A DNA stretch of 64,000 nucleotides from NCBI GenBank assembly GCA_964252035.1, contig OZ176213.1; one strand, written 5' to 3'. The stretch is from Podarcis erhardii. Taxonomy: Eukaryota. This document shows, piece after piece, positions 22,575 to 34,213 of this stretch (within the stretch, counting starts at the first letter, position 1; each line of letters opens with the position of its first letter). A model generated the notes under the pieces. That model saw only the letters and a list, made by a program, of their open reading frames with translations, was not told where the DNA came from and did no database searches. The position numbers and the translations under genes were made by a program.

Positions 22575-24130
22575 TTTTATATATATATAATAATTTTATT
22601 AAGGTTTCCATTTTAACAACCCAATCAAATCACATTAAATATTCCAAATTATACAAATACATATCATAAAGTCCAAATATTTTGCCAAATTATAAATTTT
22701 TGTTGGGGCTTCCCATGCTTCAAGTTCAGTGGGGTCCAATCATCTTATGTTTCTACTGCCTTGAGTTTCCAAAAGTTCCTTCTTTGAGTCCTCCTGTTGT
22801 TATCCTTCTTTCTTTCACAGCCTCTGAGTTATTTCCACAGGCGAGTTGGAGTGAACAATAATATACTTCTGTGTGAAATTTGTATGGCTCTCCTTTTTTC
22901 TTTTTTCTTTTTGCAGCTGATAAGTCTATTATTTGCAGTATGTCCTCATATGCTGATGTTTATGCCGAATCAATCCAAAAGCCCTTCTCTGGTGGCAGAC
23001 GCCATCTTCTCTCAGTTTCGATGAAATAAAATCTAGGCGTTTGCTCATTAATTTTCTCAGACAGGTTGCATCAAACAGTCTTTCCAGGGGAGGTTTGCCA
23101 AATTGGACTTGAAGTACAGATATAATAACAAATTAAGAGCTCGCCTCCCCCTATGACTATTTATCTCTGCAACTCAGTCTATCTCATAATGGCAGATCCC
23201 AATTAAATAGTGCGTCACAGGAGAGTCTTTTATCTTCTTCCAAATATTTTAAAGAACAAAGGCTTTAGTTAGTATTATTTCCACACAGTTTGTATTTTCC
23301 AATCTCACTTGCTATCAGTAATGTAGACGGTTCCTCGGGGGGGGGGGTGTTGTTAGGTACAGTGGTGCCCCGCAAGACGAATGCCTCGCAAGACGGAAAA
23401 CTTGCTAGACGAAAGAGTTTTCCGTTTTGGAGGTGCTTCGCAAAATGAATTTCCTATGGGCTTGCTTCGCAAGATGAAAATGTCTTGCGAGTTCCTGCGG
23501 GGTTCCCCCCCTTTTTTCTAAGCCACTAAGCCGCTTATCCGTTTATCCGCTTATCCGCTAAGCCGATAAACCGCTAAAAGCCACTAAAAGCCGCTAAAAG
23601 CCGCTAAAAGCACTAATAGCGCTAATCTGCTAAGCCGTCAATGGGCTTGCTTCGCAAGACGAAAAAACCGCTAGACGAAGAGACTTGCGGAACGGATTCT
23701 TTTCGTCTTGCGAGGCACCACTGTATTATCGTAGTAGAAAATGAAAAAGTTTTATCCCCCCTCCTTTCCGTTCCGTTCCAACATACCAGCTTAGATGTTA
23801 TTCTTTGATGTTATCTTTCTTCCTCTCCACCATTCTTGGCTCCTCAGTGGCTGGCTTAATTGGCAGATTAATTACCCTTTCTTCACCCAAAGCATATCCA
23901 AGATCTTAAATCAAAATTTTTATCTTAAGAAATGGAACTAGGAGCTATCATGAAGACAGCGTCCAGGAGATTCGAACTCCCTTGAGGGCTTTCCATCCAG
24001 TGCCCCCCCCTCCTTCTTTACGAACTTGGGGGTGATTTGTTGGGCATCCGCGGATGAGACTGCATCTTCCCTTCCACCGGGAAGAATTTGGGAGGCTGAT
24101 TACTCCCATCTCAGATTCTAAATTACCTCG
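22575..24130 (-). mobile_element. Degenerate LINE (L1-like) relic interrupted by a mariner MITE
   Basis: Minus-strand AATAAA plus A-rich tail at about 22575-22600, similar in style to the 62588 L1 tail; no intact ORF. Confidence 0.35.
23360..23723. mobile_element. Tc1/mariner MITE (same family as 4892-5239)
   Basis: TIRs cagtggtgccccgcaagacgaa and ttcgtcttgcgaggcaccactg; TA on both sides. Confidence 0.9.
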
Positions 24131-24971
24131 TGGGAACTGGAGAGATGGTACTGTCAGCCATCTTTCGTGGCGCCCCTAGCGGAGCCCCCTCATTTGCACT
24201 TCCTAAAGCAATATTGGAACTGGAACACAGTCATCCTTTGAAATTCAAAATTCTCCAGCCGGGTAATGTTCACAAAAGGGCATTTACTAGGCGAAAACGA
24301 GTACAAAATTGCAAATCCTGGTGATAACAGCGTATGGAAATGCATTCCATGAGGGGAATGCAAGAAATGAAATTTCCACTAAGTTTTGATAAGTTTTCAC
24401 GAGGACTTTAAAGAGAAATCACAAACTTATGGGGAAATGTGGTTAATGGAATTTAAGATGGGAAAAACGAGAAGCTGAGAACACCTGAAATTGACACATT
24501 TACCTTTGGTCTGATCCAGTTGCAGGCCTCCTCTTGTGTTTTTCACAATTCCTCCAAGTGTCACCTTTCCTCTTCCAACTAATTAAGATGTTTGCAGGAA
24601 GCTTTCTTGTGCAGGACCATTGAAATGAATGGGGACCCAAGTGTGAGCTCCCCTGCTCTCCTCTTGCATGGCCCCTGCTCATCTCAGTGTGGCTTGTGCA
24701 GAAGAATTTCCCACTGGATGGTACCTCCTGGCTCACCTCTGTTTCTCTCCCACTTTATCCCACTTATGGACACCCAAAATGTGGTGCTTGGGGTCAGGTA
24801 GCCCACACCTCACCTTGTTCCAGGTTCAGGCCAGTTGGCCCCAACCTCCTTCGTTCCTCTTGGCAGCCAAAGATTCGTCTCCAGAACATCTGCAGAAATG
24901 TAAGGCTGCAACTGGGTGGAGTGGGGAGAAGCTGGCCCTTGGCTAGTTTGGCTAGTTCACTGCATCGTGTA

Positions 24972-25197
24972 CAGTGGTACCTCAGGTTAAGTACTTAATT
25001 CATTCCGGAGGTCCGTTCTTAACCTGAAACAGTTCTTAACCTGAAGCACCACTTTAGCTAATGGGGCCTCCTGCTGCTGCCGCGCCGCTGGAGCACGATT
25101 TCTGTTCTTATCCTGAAGCAAAGTTCTTAACCTGAAGCACTATTTCTGGGTTAGCGGAGTCTGTAACCTGAAGCGTATGTAACCCGAGGTACCACTG
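24972..25197. mobile_element. Tc1/mariner (Tigger-like) MITE
   Basis: TIRs cagtggtacctc and gaggtaccactg; TA on both sides; internal ttaacctgaa repeats. Confidence 0.88.
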
Positions 25198-26578
25198 TAT
25201 AGGCTGGTATTTGGTGGTGGCTTTGCCATTTTGACGGCTGTTTTCTCAAACTGTTATAGTATTTTTCATTTCCGCAACCTGCCACTCACTTTGCCCTAAC
25301 TCTTCTGAGGAACACAAGGTGGCCTGCTCTAGAGAAGCCCCCTAGACTCTGGAATGCAGAAGACGGCTTTACACTGAGAGACCATCTCAATCAGGATTGT
25401 CTCCAGCGACTGGCTGTGGTTCTCTGGGGTCTCAGACAAGCAGAGGTTGGATGGCCATTTGCATGGATGCTGGAATTCTTGCTTTGCAGGAGGTTGGACT
25501 AAATGACCCTTGGGTTTCCCTCCAACTCGGCAATTCTGTGCTCTTTCCCAACCCTACCTGGAGATTCCATGGGCTGAGTTCCTTGGGACACTGGAATGCA
25601 AAGCATGTCCTCTGCCAGGGAGCTTTGTCCATCTTGCCCAATATTTTTCACTCCAGCCACTTGCCTGCCTTTAAATGAGAGAAGTCAGAGCTTAAAGCAG
25701 TGGTCTTCTGCATGCAAGGCCTGTCTCCCACCATGAGTGAGTGATGGTCTCTTCCCAGGCACCTTGCTTGTCAGAGTAGCCAGGACAAGGGATGAGCCAA
25801 AGAACTGGACTCAGGGGTCAACAAGGCAGCTTCATATTTTCATAGGATGCCAGGTGGGGGGAGGAGGCTGTTTGGGGTGGCAGCCTTGTGTCATCATGTG
25901 CAAAGGGTTGTCCCACCCTCAATTCAGGAACGGCTATCAGGCCCCGTCCTTCCCTGTAAAAGGTCTAGAAGAGGAGAAGCAATATTTTGACAGATGAACC
26001 ATTTGGTGGGAACACTTCTCCCTGCACAAAGCAGCAGGATCATTTTGCAGCCTGCCCAAAAGGCAATAAATTTGCAGGGGCTTTCAAATGGTGACCTCCT
26101 CTCAAATCATCATCAGGCTTGGAGGCATTTAAAGAATTGATTCAATTAACCCAGGTGGTGAGTCTTGGATGGGGGAGATGCTATAAGGCATGATTTATTC
26201 TTGCACTAAAATTAAAACACAAGTATCTGTTGAAGAACATTTGCTGCCAATGTGATGACTAATGAAAGTGCCAAGTAATTAATGAGAGAAAGCTAAGGCT
26301 AAAGCACTTGAGATATAATAGCGCATAAAACCATCAGTACATCGTAAGGGCTGCCTTTCTGGACCAGACTGAAGCTCCATTAGTTTAACATTTTGTTTGC
26401 AGCAGGAGTTCCCAAGGTGAAAATTCCCTGGCTTGGGTTTGGTCCCCACTGCTTGCTTCAAAAAGGTAAACTGCATCTAAACCTGGAGGTTCTATATTGT
26501 TATTACATGTAACAGACACTGACAGACCTTCTCTCTCTCTCTTCTCTTTTTGTCTAACTCCCCTTTGGAAGCTATCTA

Positions 26579-26797
26579 GACTATATGATGGATAAGGCAA
26601 TGATATGTACAATTTTACAATATGCAGGGATTAAAATGTGTAAACAAACCAGAGAGGGGAGCTGAGGGAAGTCCTTGGTGGGTGGGAGAGGGAGGAATGG
26701 GAGGAAACAAAAATGGGCGGTCAAGAAATGTAATCAGTTATATTGATTGATAATTTGTTTTGTTAAAATGGTTTAATAAATAAATATTTAAAAAAGA
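26579..26797 (+). mobile_element. Short retroposed LINE 3' tail
   Basis: aataaa plus A-rich end; 12-bp TSD ggaagctatcta at 26567-26578 and 26798-26809. Confidence 0.7.
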
Positions 26798-27166
26798 GGA
26801 AGCTATCTAAACCTACATTCATCTCTACATCTTGTGGCCGTGAGTTCCTAAGTTAAATATGCATTGTGTGAATAAAACCTTTCTTTTCTATTGCCAGTAC
26901 ATCAACAGGGCTCCCCCTACTGGTGGTTGACCTTTAAAAGACTACCTGCATGACGGGCAGGAGTCAGTTATACTGTAGTCGGTTCAGTTCCAGTGCCTAA
27001 GCAAATACTGCTCACATCTGCAACGAATAAAGTTCTGGCCTTATTTATCCCATGAACCCAAAATACTGGTGTCCGTGTGTTTCATTATCTAAGAAATGGG
27101 GTGGTGCTTGGGGCCTTGCCATGCAACGCCCCTTCCCAGTCCATTTAGGGGTTTAGAAGGCACCTT

Positions 27167-27584
27167 CAAAGTGAGAGCTGGACAATAAAGAAGGCTGCTC
27201 GTCAAAGAATTGATGCTTTTGAATTGTGGTGCTGGAGGAGACTCTTGAGAGTCCCATGGACTGCAAGAAGATCAAACCTCTCCATTCTTAAGGAAATCAG
27301 CCCTGAGTGCTCACTGGAAGGACAGATCCTGAAGCTGAGACTCCAATACTTTGGCCACCTCATGAGAAGAGAAGACTCCCTGGAAAAGACCCTGATGTTG
27401 GGAAAGATGGAGGGCACAAGAAGAAGGGGACGGCAGAGGACGAGATGGTTGGATAGTGTTCTCGAAGCTACCAGCATGAGTTTGACCAAACTGCGGGAGG
27501 CAGTGGAAAACAGGAGTGCCTGACGTGCTCTGGTCCATGGGGTCACGAAGAGTCGGACACGACTAAATGACTAAACAACAACAA
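27167..27584 (+). mobile_element. RTE-BovB LINE, 5'-truncated
   Basis: Same BovB C-terminal peptide as 16075; (aac)n tail. Confidence 0.92.
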
Positions 27585-29561
27585 AAGCCAAAGCTGATCT
27601 TTCCATGCTGCCAAGAAGTGATCACCATTGCAGGCTCCCATTCACAGCCTTCGTGCCATCTTTTGAACCAACTCACGTTTCTTAAAACCTTTCAGTGGCA
27701 CTCCCATATGTGGGGCACTGTAGGACTCAAGCCTAGGTTGCATGTGCCCCCCCCCCGAGGGATAGCTGTCTCCCTTTGGCACACATTTTAACCCCCTAGT
27801 TTCTAGAGAGATTGGCCCCAGGCCGGCGTCAACATGTTTGTTCAAGCACCGAAAGGAGTGTGGGTGGGTGTGGAGCAGTGTGTAATCTTGTGATAATCTG
27901 GAGGTTGACATTAGCTACTGGGCTAAGTTCAAGGCGTTGGTTTTGGTGTATAAAGGCCCATACATCTTGGGTCCAGGATACCTGAAAGTTTGTCTCACCC
28001 TTAAAATATGCAGTTGATGACCGTGTCCTGCAGAGAACTTCTTCTCAGGAGGTCCATTCTGCACAATCTAGGAACTGGCCCTTTAGTGCTGTGGCACCTG
28101 CCTTCTGGAATTACCACCCCTTGAATATTAGACAATGCTGGTCTCTTTTCAGTAACTACTGAATACCTTCCTTTTCCAGCAAGCCTTTCAAGCTGAGATC
28201 TTTCCCAGTCTGCATCTGTGCTAGAATTATTTCTAGATTGTTTTAATGGCATTTGTATTGTTTTTATCAATTGGTTGCCACCCTGGGCTCCTTTGGGAGG
28301 AAGGGTGGGATATAGATTTAGTAATAATAATCTAGGGTGCACCTATTACCCCCCCACGTATTTCTTGGACTGGTGATTAAGAAAGTTTTCGAGCCTCTTG
28401 CTGACATCTCTGGTTCCTTCTCTTTGGGTTTCCTTGGAGAAGGCCCTGCAAAGATTCAGAAGTTTGAACAGTGATTTGATTTGTCAAGATTTGTGCTGCA
28501 GAGCGATTCTCACACCTCCTCTGCAAAAGGTGAAACTGGCAGGATTTGAGGTCATCTCCTCTTCCGGCAGCTGAGGCCAATCTCTGCAGGGTTCAGAGCA
28601 GCCTCGTCCTCCGCTGCCTATGAGCGTGTGTGCTGTCTTGAGTCAAGGAAGGCATCAACAGCCTCCCTCCTAACAGCATGGAGGCTCATGAAGTTTAATT
28701 GAGCAGATTTAATGTGCTCCTGCTGCTGACAGCTGGTCCTTCTTACAACGCCGGAGCTGCAGCTCCCTTTGGAACAAGAGAACATGAATTCTTGGAAGGA
28801 ATGTTTCCGTTCGCAAAAGGTTGCTTACAAATGCCCCAAAACGTGTTCAAACATAGACTCTTTGGCCTAATCACATTTAGTTTCTGCACCGATTTCTTCC
28901 TTCTCTTTGGGGCTACATGCTGAAGCAGGCAGATTTAAGAGCAGGCGCCACTGAACTCAGTAGGAGTTACTAAGGCAAACAGGACATAGGAATATGGGAA
29001 ACTGTCAGAACATTGAGCCATCTAGTTCAGTATTGCCTACACGGACTGGCAGCAGTTGTTGAGGTCTCAGGCGGGGTCTCTCTCCCAGTTGTATCTGGAG
29101 AAGCCTGGGATTGAACCTGGGACCTTCTGCAGGCAAAGCAGAGGCTCTGCCACTGCCACTGAGCTACAGCCCTTACTTCTGAGTAAGCATGCACAGGGTG
29201 TGGATCACTTCTTGCAAAATCTCTGCGGAGGGACCCAAAAAAATGAAAAGTGATTTTTTAGTCCAGCTCTGAGATCTTGCAACCTTTGTCCTTTGGCTAC
29301 AATGCAATAAAAGGAGAGGTCTGTGCTACTGCTTAAGTTTGCAAGCCAAACACAGAAGTATTAATTTGAAGCATGGTGCGGTGGGCAGCCTGGGAACTGT
29401 AGTTTGTTTAGAGGGCTGGGAATTGCAGCTCTGTGAGGGGTTAGACTTTGGGGTAGTCCCTGGATTCTTTGGGGGAAGTTTAAAAGCAAAACAAAACCCG
29501 AGCTTGATTACTTTCCTTTCAAAATGTTAAAAAAGAAAGGATACTGTTACTATTCCCAGTG

Positions 29562-29562
<1 letters not shown>

Positions 29563-29607
<45 letters not shown>

Positions 29608-30482
29608 TTTTATTTATATCCCGCGCTCCCCAGCCGAAGCCGGGCTCAGAGCAGCTAACAACAGAAAAAATAACACAGTTTACATAAAATCACAATCAAT
29701 TAATTGAAATACATTCTAAAATCAATTCATTCTAAAATCAATGCAGAATCAAATTAATGGCAACCATTGAGCTAGAGTGCTATGAGGATTATACAGAAGG
29801 AGGGGGTCAGACTGTGCCTTGGCCAAAGGCCTGGTGGAACAGCTCTGTCTTGCAGGCCCTGCGGAAAGATGTCAAGTCCCGCAGGCCCCTAGTCTCTTGG
29901 GACAGAGCGTTCCACCAGACTGGGGCCACAGCCGAAAAAGCCCTGGCTCTGGTTGAGGCCAGCCTAACCTCCCTGTGGCCTGGGATCTCCAAGATGTTTT
30001 TATTTGAAGACCGTAAGGTCCTCTGTAAAGGGACGTGGGTGGCACAGAGCCTAGGACTTGCCGATCAGAAGGTCAGCGGTTTGAATCCCCGCGACGGGGT
30101 GAGCTCCCTGCTCCTGCCAACCTAGCAGTTCAAAAGCACAAAGTGCAACTAGATAAATAGGTACCGCTCCGGCGGGAAGGTAAATGGCGTTTCCGTGTGC
30201 TGCTCTGGTTCGCCAGAAGCGGCTTAGACATGCTGGCCACATGACCTGGAAGGTGTACACCGGCTCCCTTGGCCAGTAAAGCGAGATGAGCGCCGCAACC
30301 CCAGAGTCGGTCACGACTGGACCTAATGGTCAGGGGTCCATTTACCTTTACTTTAAGGTCCTCTGTAGGGCGTACCACGAGAGGTGGTCCCGTAGGTACG
30401 AGGGTCCTAGGCCGTGAAGAGCTTTAAAGGTTAAAACCAGCACCTTAAACCTGATCCTGTACTCCACCGGGAGCCAGTGCAG
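29563..30482 (-). mobile_element. L2 LINE 3' fragment, second subfamily, split by a Sauria SINE
   Basis: LHWLPVEYRIRFKVLVLTFKALHGLGPSYLRD...REVRLASTRARAFSAVAP; (aat)n tail; same subfamily as 55739-56125. Confidence 0.88.
30030..30351 (+). mobile_element. Sauria SINE nested in L2
   Basis: 14-bp TSD taaggtcctctgta at 30014-30027 and 30354-30367. Confidence 0.9.
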
Positions 30483-31620
30483 AAGGAGCTGTGCGGGCTG
30501 TGGCAGTTCCCCGCTTGGCCCAGCAGATGGAAGCAAACACACGGGAGAGGCTGCCTCCGCTGGGGAAGGTGATCTTGGGCTGGGCATCACCCCAGCGCGG
30601 CGCCCTCCAGGCCCAGCCTGACGGACGGGGGTCGCGGAGAGGCAGCGAGCTGCCCTCCTGCCGCCATCCAAGCTGCACAAAAAGCAGCCGCGGGAGTGCC
30701 CTGCTGCGCCCAGCCAAGGCGGCCTTCTGCACGTGCCCCGGAGCTATGAAATCAAACGCTGCAGGCGAGACCAGGGCTCGGGACAGGTGCGGAGCAGGGA
30801 GTTAAGTCAAGGCGGAGTTGGGGCTGTCCAAGTAGCGCGAGCAAAGAGTCCCTGTGGCCCGTGCGCCCCCTGGTCGCCTCCCCCCCGCGCCCCTCCCGGC
30901 AGGAGTGGCTTCAGAGGCTCCTGCCTGGCCAGCAACCTGCCAGCAGAGCGGAGCCTTTCCTTCCCTGCGCTTCTGGGGTCGCCCCTCAGCCAGCAGGCCC
31001 AGTGGTCGGAGGTGCTATGCGTGGTGGTGGTGGGGGGGGCGCCCGCTCCGGGTCTCCCTCCCCGGACATCATGTTGGGAGGCTGGTCCAACGGGCGTTTG
31101 CTGTCACTGGATTCAAGAAAGCTTAGCAGGTGACTCTTGCTCGGATCATGAAACTTTATCTGCATCTAGAATGGATTTATGGACACACTGAGAAAGAGAG
31201 AGACACACGCAGACAGACAAGAGATCTAAAGCATCGGCCGCATCCGGAGCCCCCCCTCCTCGGGTCCCCGTGGCTGCCTTCGAGGATCGCAACGGGGCTT
31301 GCTTCCTTGGGGACCCGCAGAGGTCACGCGCATGGCCAGGGGTCTCGGGGTGACGAGCGCCGGGGTCCAGCAGCGCCTGAAACGGACGGAGCTGTCCAAG
31401 CCGGGATGGAGAGGGCCGCCCTTCCAAGTCCGGTCGATTTCAAGTCCTAATTCTCTCCCCTCGACCCTTGGGCCGGAGGATCCGGCGGGGGTGGGGGTGC
31501 TGCTTCCCTCTGGATCGTGGCCCAAATGCCAAGCGCTGTGCTTGCCCCTGCCCCGCCTTGCCGCCCGAGCAGAGGAGGCAAAAGGGCTTCTCCCTGGGAA
31601 CGTCTCTCCGGCGTTTCATA
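30483..31620. promoter_or_regulatory. CpG island-like region about 2.5-3.5 kb upstream of ALDH1A2
   Basis: Visibly GC- and CpG-rich compared with the CpG-depleted flanks; not a recognisable repeat. Confidence 0.65.
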
Positions 31621-31678
31621 CCAAGCGAGTTTTCCTGGCAAGCCTATTCCTTGCCAGGCCTACTCAGAGGAAGGACTG

Positions 31679-31814
31679 CAGGCATGGCCAAACTTGGCCC
31701 GCCAGATGTTTTGGGACTACAACTCCCATCATCCCTAGCTAACAGGACCAGTGGTCAGAGATGATGGGAACTGAAGTCCCCAAACATCTGGTGGGCTAAG
31801 TTTGGCCATGCCTG
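31679..31814. mobile_element. Hairpin MITE (ggactacaactcccatc family); degenerate copies at about 3200, 7450, 11400, 19550, 38020-38220, 44750, 60360, 61700, 63660
   Basis: TIRs caggcatggccaaactt and aagtttggccatgcctg; the interior is also palindromic. Confidence 0.8.
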
Positions 31815-33559
31815 ACTCAATCCTCCCTCGCTGTCCGACCAGAGCCTTGCACGGATCCATTGGGTGAGGGGAGCAGAACTGACGACCCCTGTCTTTTGTG
31901 GCTAACTGGACTCCTGACTTCTCTTCTTTGTGGAGAGTTTCTCACAGCCACGCCATCCATTGAAAGTCCTCTTGCGCCTCTTTAAGAGTCTTGGCTCCCC
32001 TCTCAAAGAACCCTGGGAACTGTAGCTCGTTGAAGATTTAACAAGGCACCCTTCATAAACCACAGCTCCCAGGGTTCTCCGGGGGGGGGGGACAGGGAGG
32101 CAAGATTCTTAAAGTGGCCTGGAAGCCTGGGCGTATGTTGCGGGGTCAGGCTTTATGCTGGGGGTGGTCACGTCCTCAGTTAAGTTTTTTTAAATTGATT
32201 TACTTGATTTAGGGGCCAGCTGCCCCCTGCTCGCCCCCGGGCACGCCCATGCCCACCAGTGTTTTACATGGATGGTGCCAGGTGCGATTGAGTGGGCATC
32301 TGGGGCCCTTGAGCCTTTTGGTCCCTTTGTGAAAGTCACCCAGCAATGAAAGGGTGGTGGTCCTCGCGTGGCTCCCTTGGGCCAAGGCTTAGAGTCACAA
32401 GGGAACGCGGGTCTGCGGATGGGGCTTAAGGACAGGGGTTGCGTTAGATGAGCCCTGCGACCCCTTCCAATTCTACAATTCTATCATGATCTGTGCCGGG
32501 TATCGGCCAATGAGCTCTACAAGCGAGACTCCTGCAGAAGAACTTCAAACCCACTTCCTTCCAAGGGCGCGCGCGCGGATGTGTCAGGATGAGTCCCTCC
32601 GACTCCTCTCTTGCTCCTCCCTGGCGATCAGAAGCCAGATTGAATGCGAAGGTTGGGTCCCCCCCCCCCGTTCTCCGTGACGTTTCTCACTTTTGAAACT
32701 GAAATAAGTTTCCAATTAAAACAAAAACAAAAAAGCCGATCTGCCAAACGCGGAATAAAACAGCCCCTCAACAACAAAGGGTGTTTGGGGGGGGAGGGGG
32801 AGGGGGCGTTCTGCCCCTCTTTGGATCTTCTTCTGCAATCCCTGAACTGGTCTTCAAAGCAGGTGCTGTCAGTCACGCCTCAGCCCAGTCAGCTCTGGGA
32901 GGCATAGGAGCCAAGGTCATTTCGGCGCCCCCAATAAAATATTTGAGGGGGCAGGCCCCCCAAAGTTTATGGGCATTGCCATTCAAACGGTGTGGGTGTG
33001 TGCCACGTTATGTGGGGGGGGGGCTTACGTGGGCCCCCCAATATTTTATTCAAGTTGGTACGCCTACTGTGAGGGGAACAGGGGTCTCTCAACAACTCTC
33101 AGCACCCATAGCAAACTACAGTTCTCACGATCCTTGACTGTTCATTGTGGTATCAGAGCGCTTTAAATGAATAGTGTGGATGCTGCCAGCGGCTGCTTCT
33201 CTAACCCGCCCCTCTGCCATCCATGGCTGAAGTGGCTTGGGGACACTCTGGCTTCCCCAGATCCTCGCATCGCTCCCACCTGGGCTGAGGCTCCGTGCCT
33301 GCGCCCCCAAGAGAGAGGGGGGCGGAGCGCGTTTCTGGGTCTGACATGTTTATGGCTCCTTTTCCTCCCTCCCTTTGCAGAGAGTTTCTAATTAGATTCC
33401 CAAATTCCTTCTGGGCTGCTGGAGGAGTGAGTCCCCTTCTTCCCTCCTGGAGCCTCTGCCCAGAAAGCCCCCTCGTCGGATTTCCGCTGGGCTGCATCTA
33501 AGACCAAGGTGCTAATTCCTCTTTAATTATCCCAGGGAAACCCTCCGTAATTGCTTCTC

Positions 33560-33900
33560 TTCCCCCCGCCCCGCCAGCCTCGCCTTGGACCCTCTTCTCC
33601 CGCCTCTGCTTATCAGCAAAAGGGGGGAGAAGGATTCAGGCAAAGCCTCTTTCCTTGGTGAGCAAAGGGAGTTATCAGTTCCTGCTGGTGCCCAGTTGAT
33701 GGGATGAAGCTCAAGGGGGGAGCGGGTGGCTGGACTTGACGGCCAGCCAGGGAGGACCTGTTGCCTCTCCTCGACGCCTCTGCAGGGCTTGGGGTGGAGA
33801 GGCTCTGGATGCTCCCATCCTCCTTGGAGGTCGTCCTGCCTCCCTGGCCCTGCCCTCCCGTCCAATAAGGAGAGGTTGCCTTGACACCTGCTTATATACC
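33560..33900 (+). promoter_or_regulatory. ALDH1A2: ALDH1A2 core promoter: GC box, CCAAT box, E-box, TATA-like box
   Basis: GC box at 33564-33575; CCAAT at 33862-33866; CACCTG at 33885-33890; TATATA at 33893-33898, about 200 nt upstream of the ATG, in a CpG-rich context. Confidence 0.7.
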
Positions 33901-33966
33901 GAAGACGGCAGCAGCCTCCAAATCTCCAGCGCTGGGTTGGGGGAAGAGGGGAGAAAATACACACAT

Positions 33967-33968
<2 letters not shown>

Positions 33969-34014
<46 letters not shown>
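33969..34014 (+). repeat. (AC)23 microsatellite between the TATA box and ATG of ALDH1A2
   Basis: Read directly from the sequence. Confidence 0.95.
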
Positions 34015-34016
<2 letters not shown>

Positions 34017-34096
34017 CTCTCTCCATACCTATTTCAAGCCACAGACTTAGGGAGACAGTCGCCCCGTCGGGCAAGGAGGAGAAGGCTCCCGAGACG

Positions 34097-34213
34097 ATGA
34101 CCTCCAGCAAAATTGAGATGCCAGGTGGGCTGAAGGCGGACCCGGCGGCTCTGATGGCTTCTCTGCATTTGCTCCCGTCTCCCACCCTCAACCTGGAGAT
34201 CAAGTACACCAAG
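34097..34213 (+). CDS. ALDH1A2: Retinaldehyde dehydrogenase 2, exon 1 (MTSSKIEMPGGLKADPAALMASLHLLPSPTLNLEIKYTK)
   Basis: Near-identical to the known ALDH1A2 N-terminus; 117 nt; followed by a GTAAGT donor at 34214. Confidence 0.97.
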
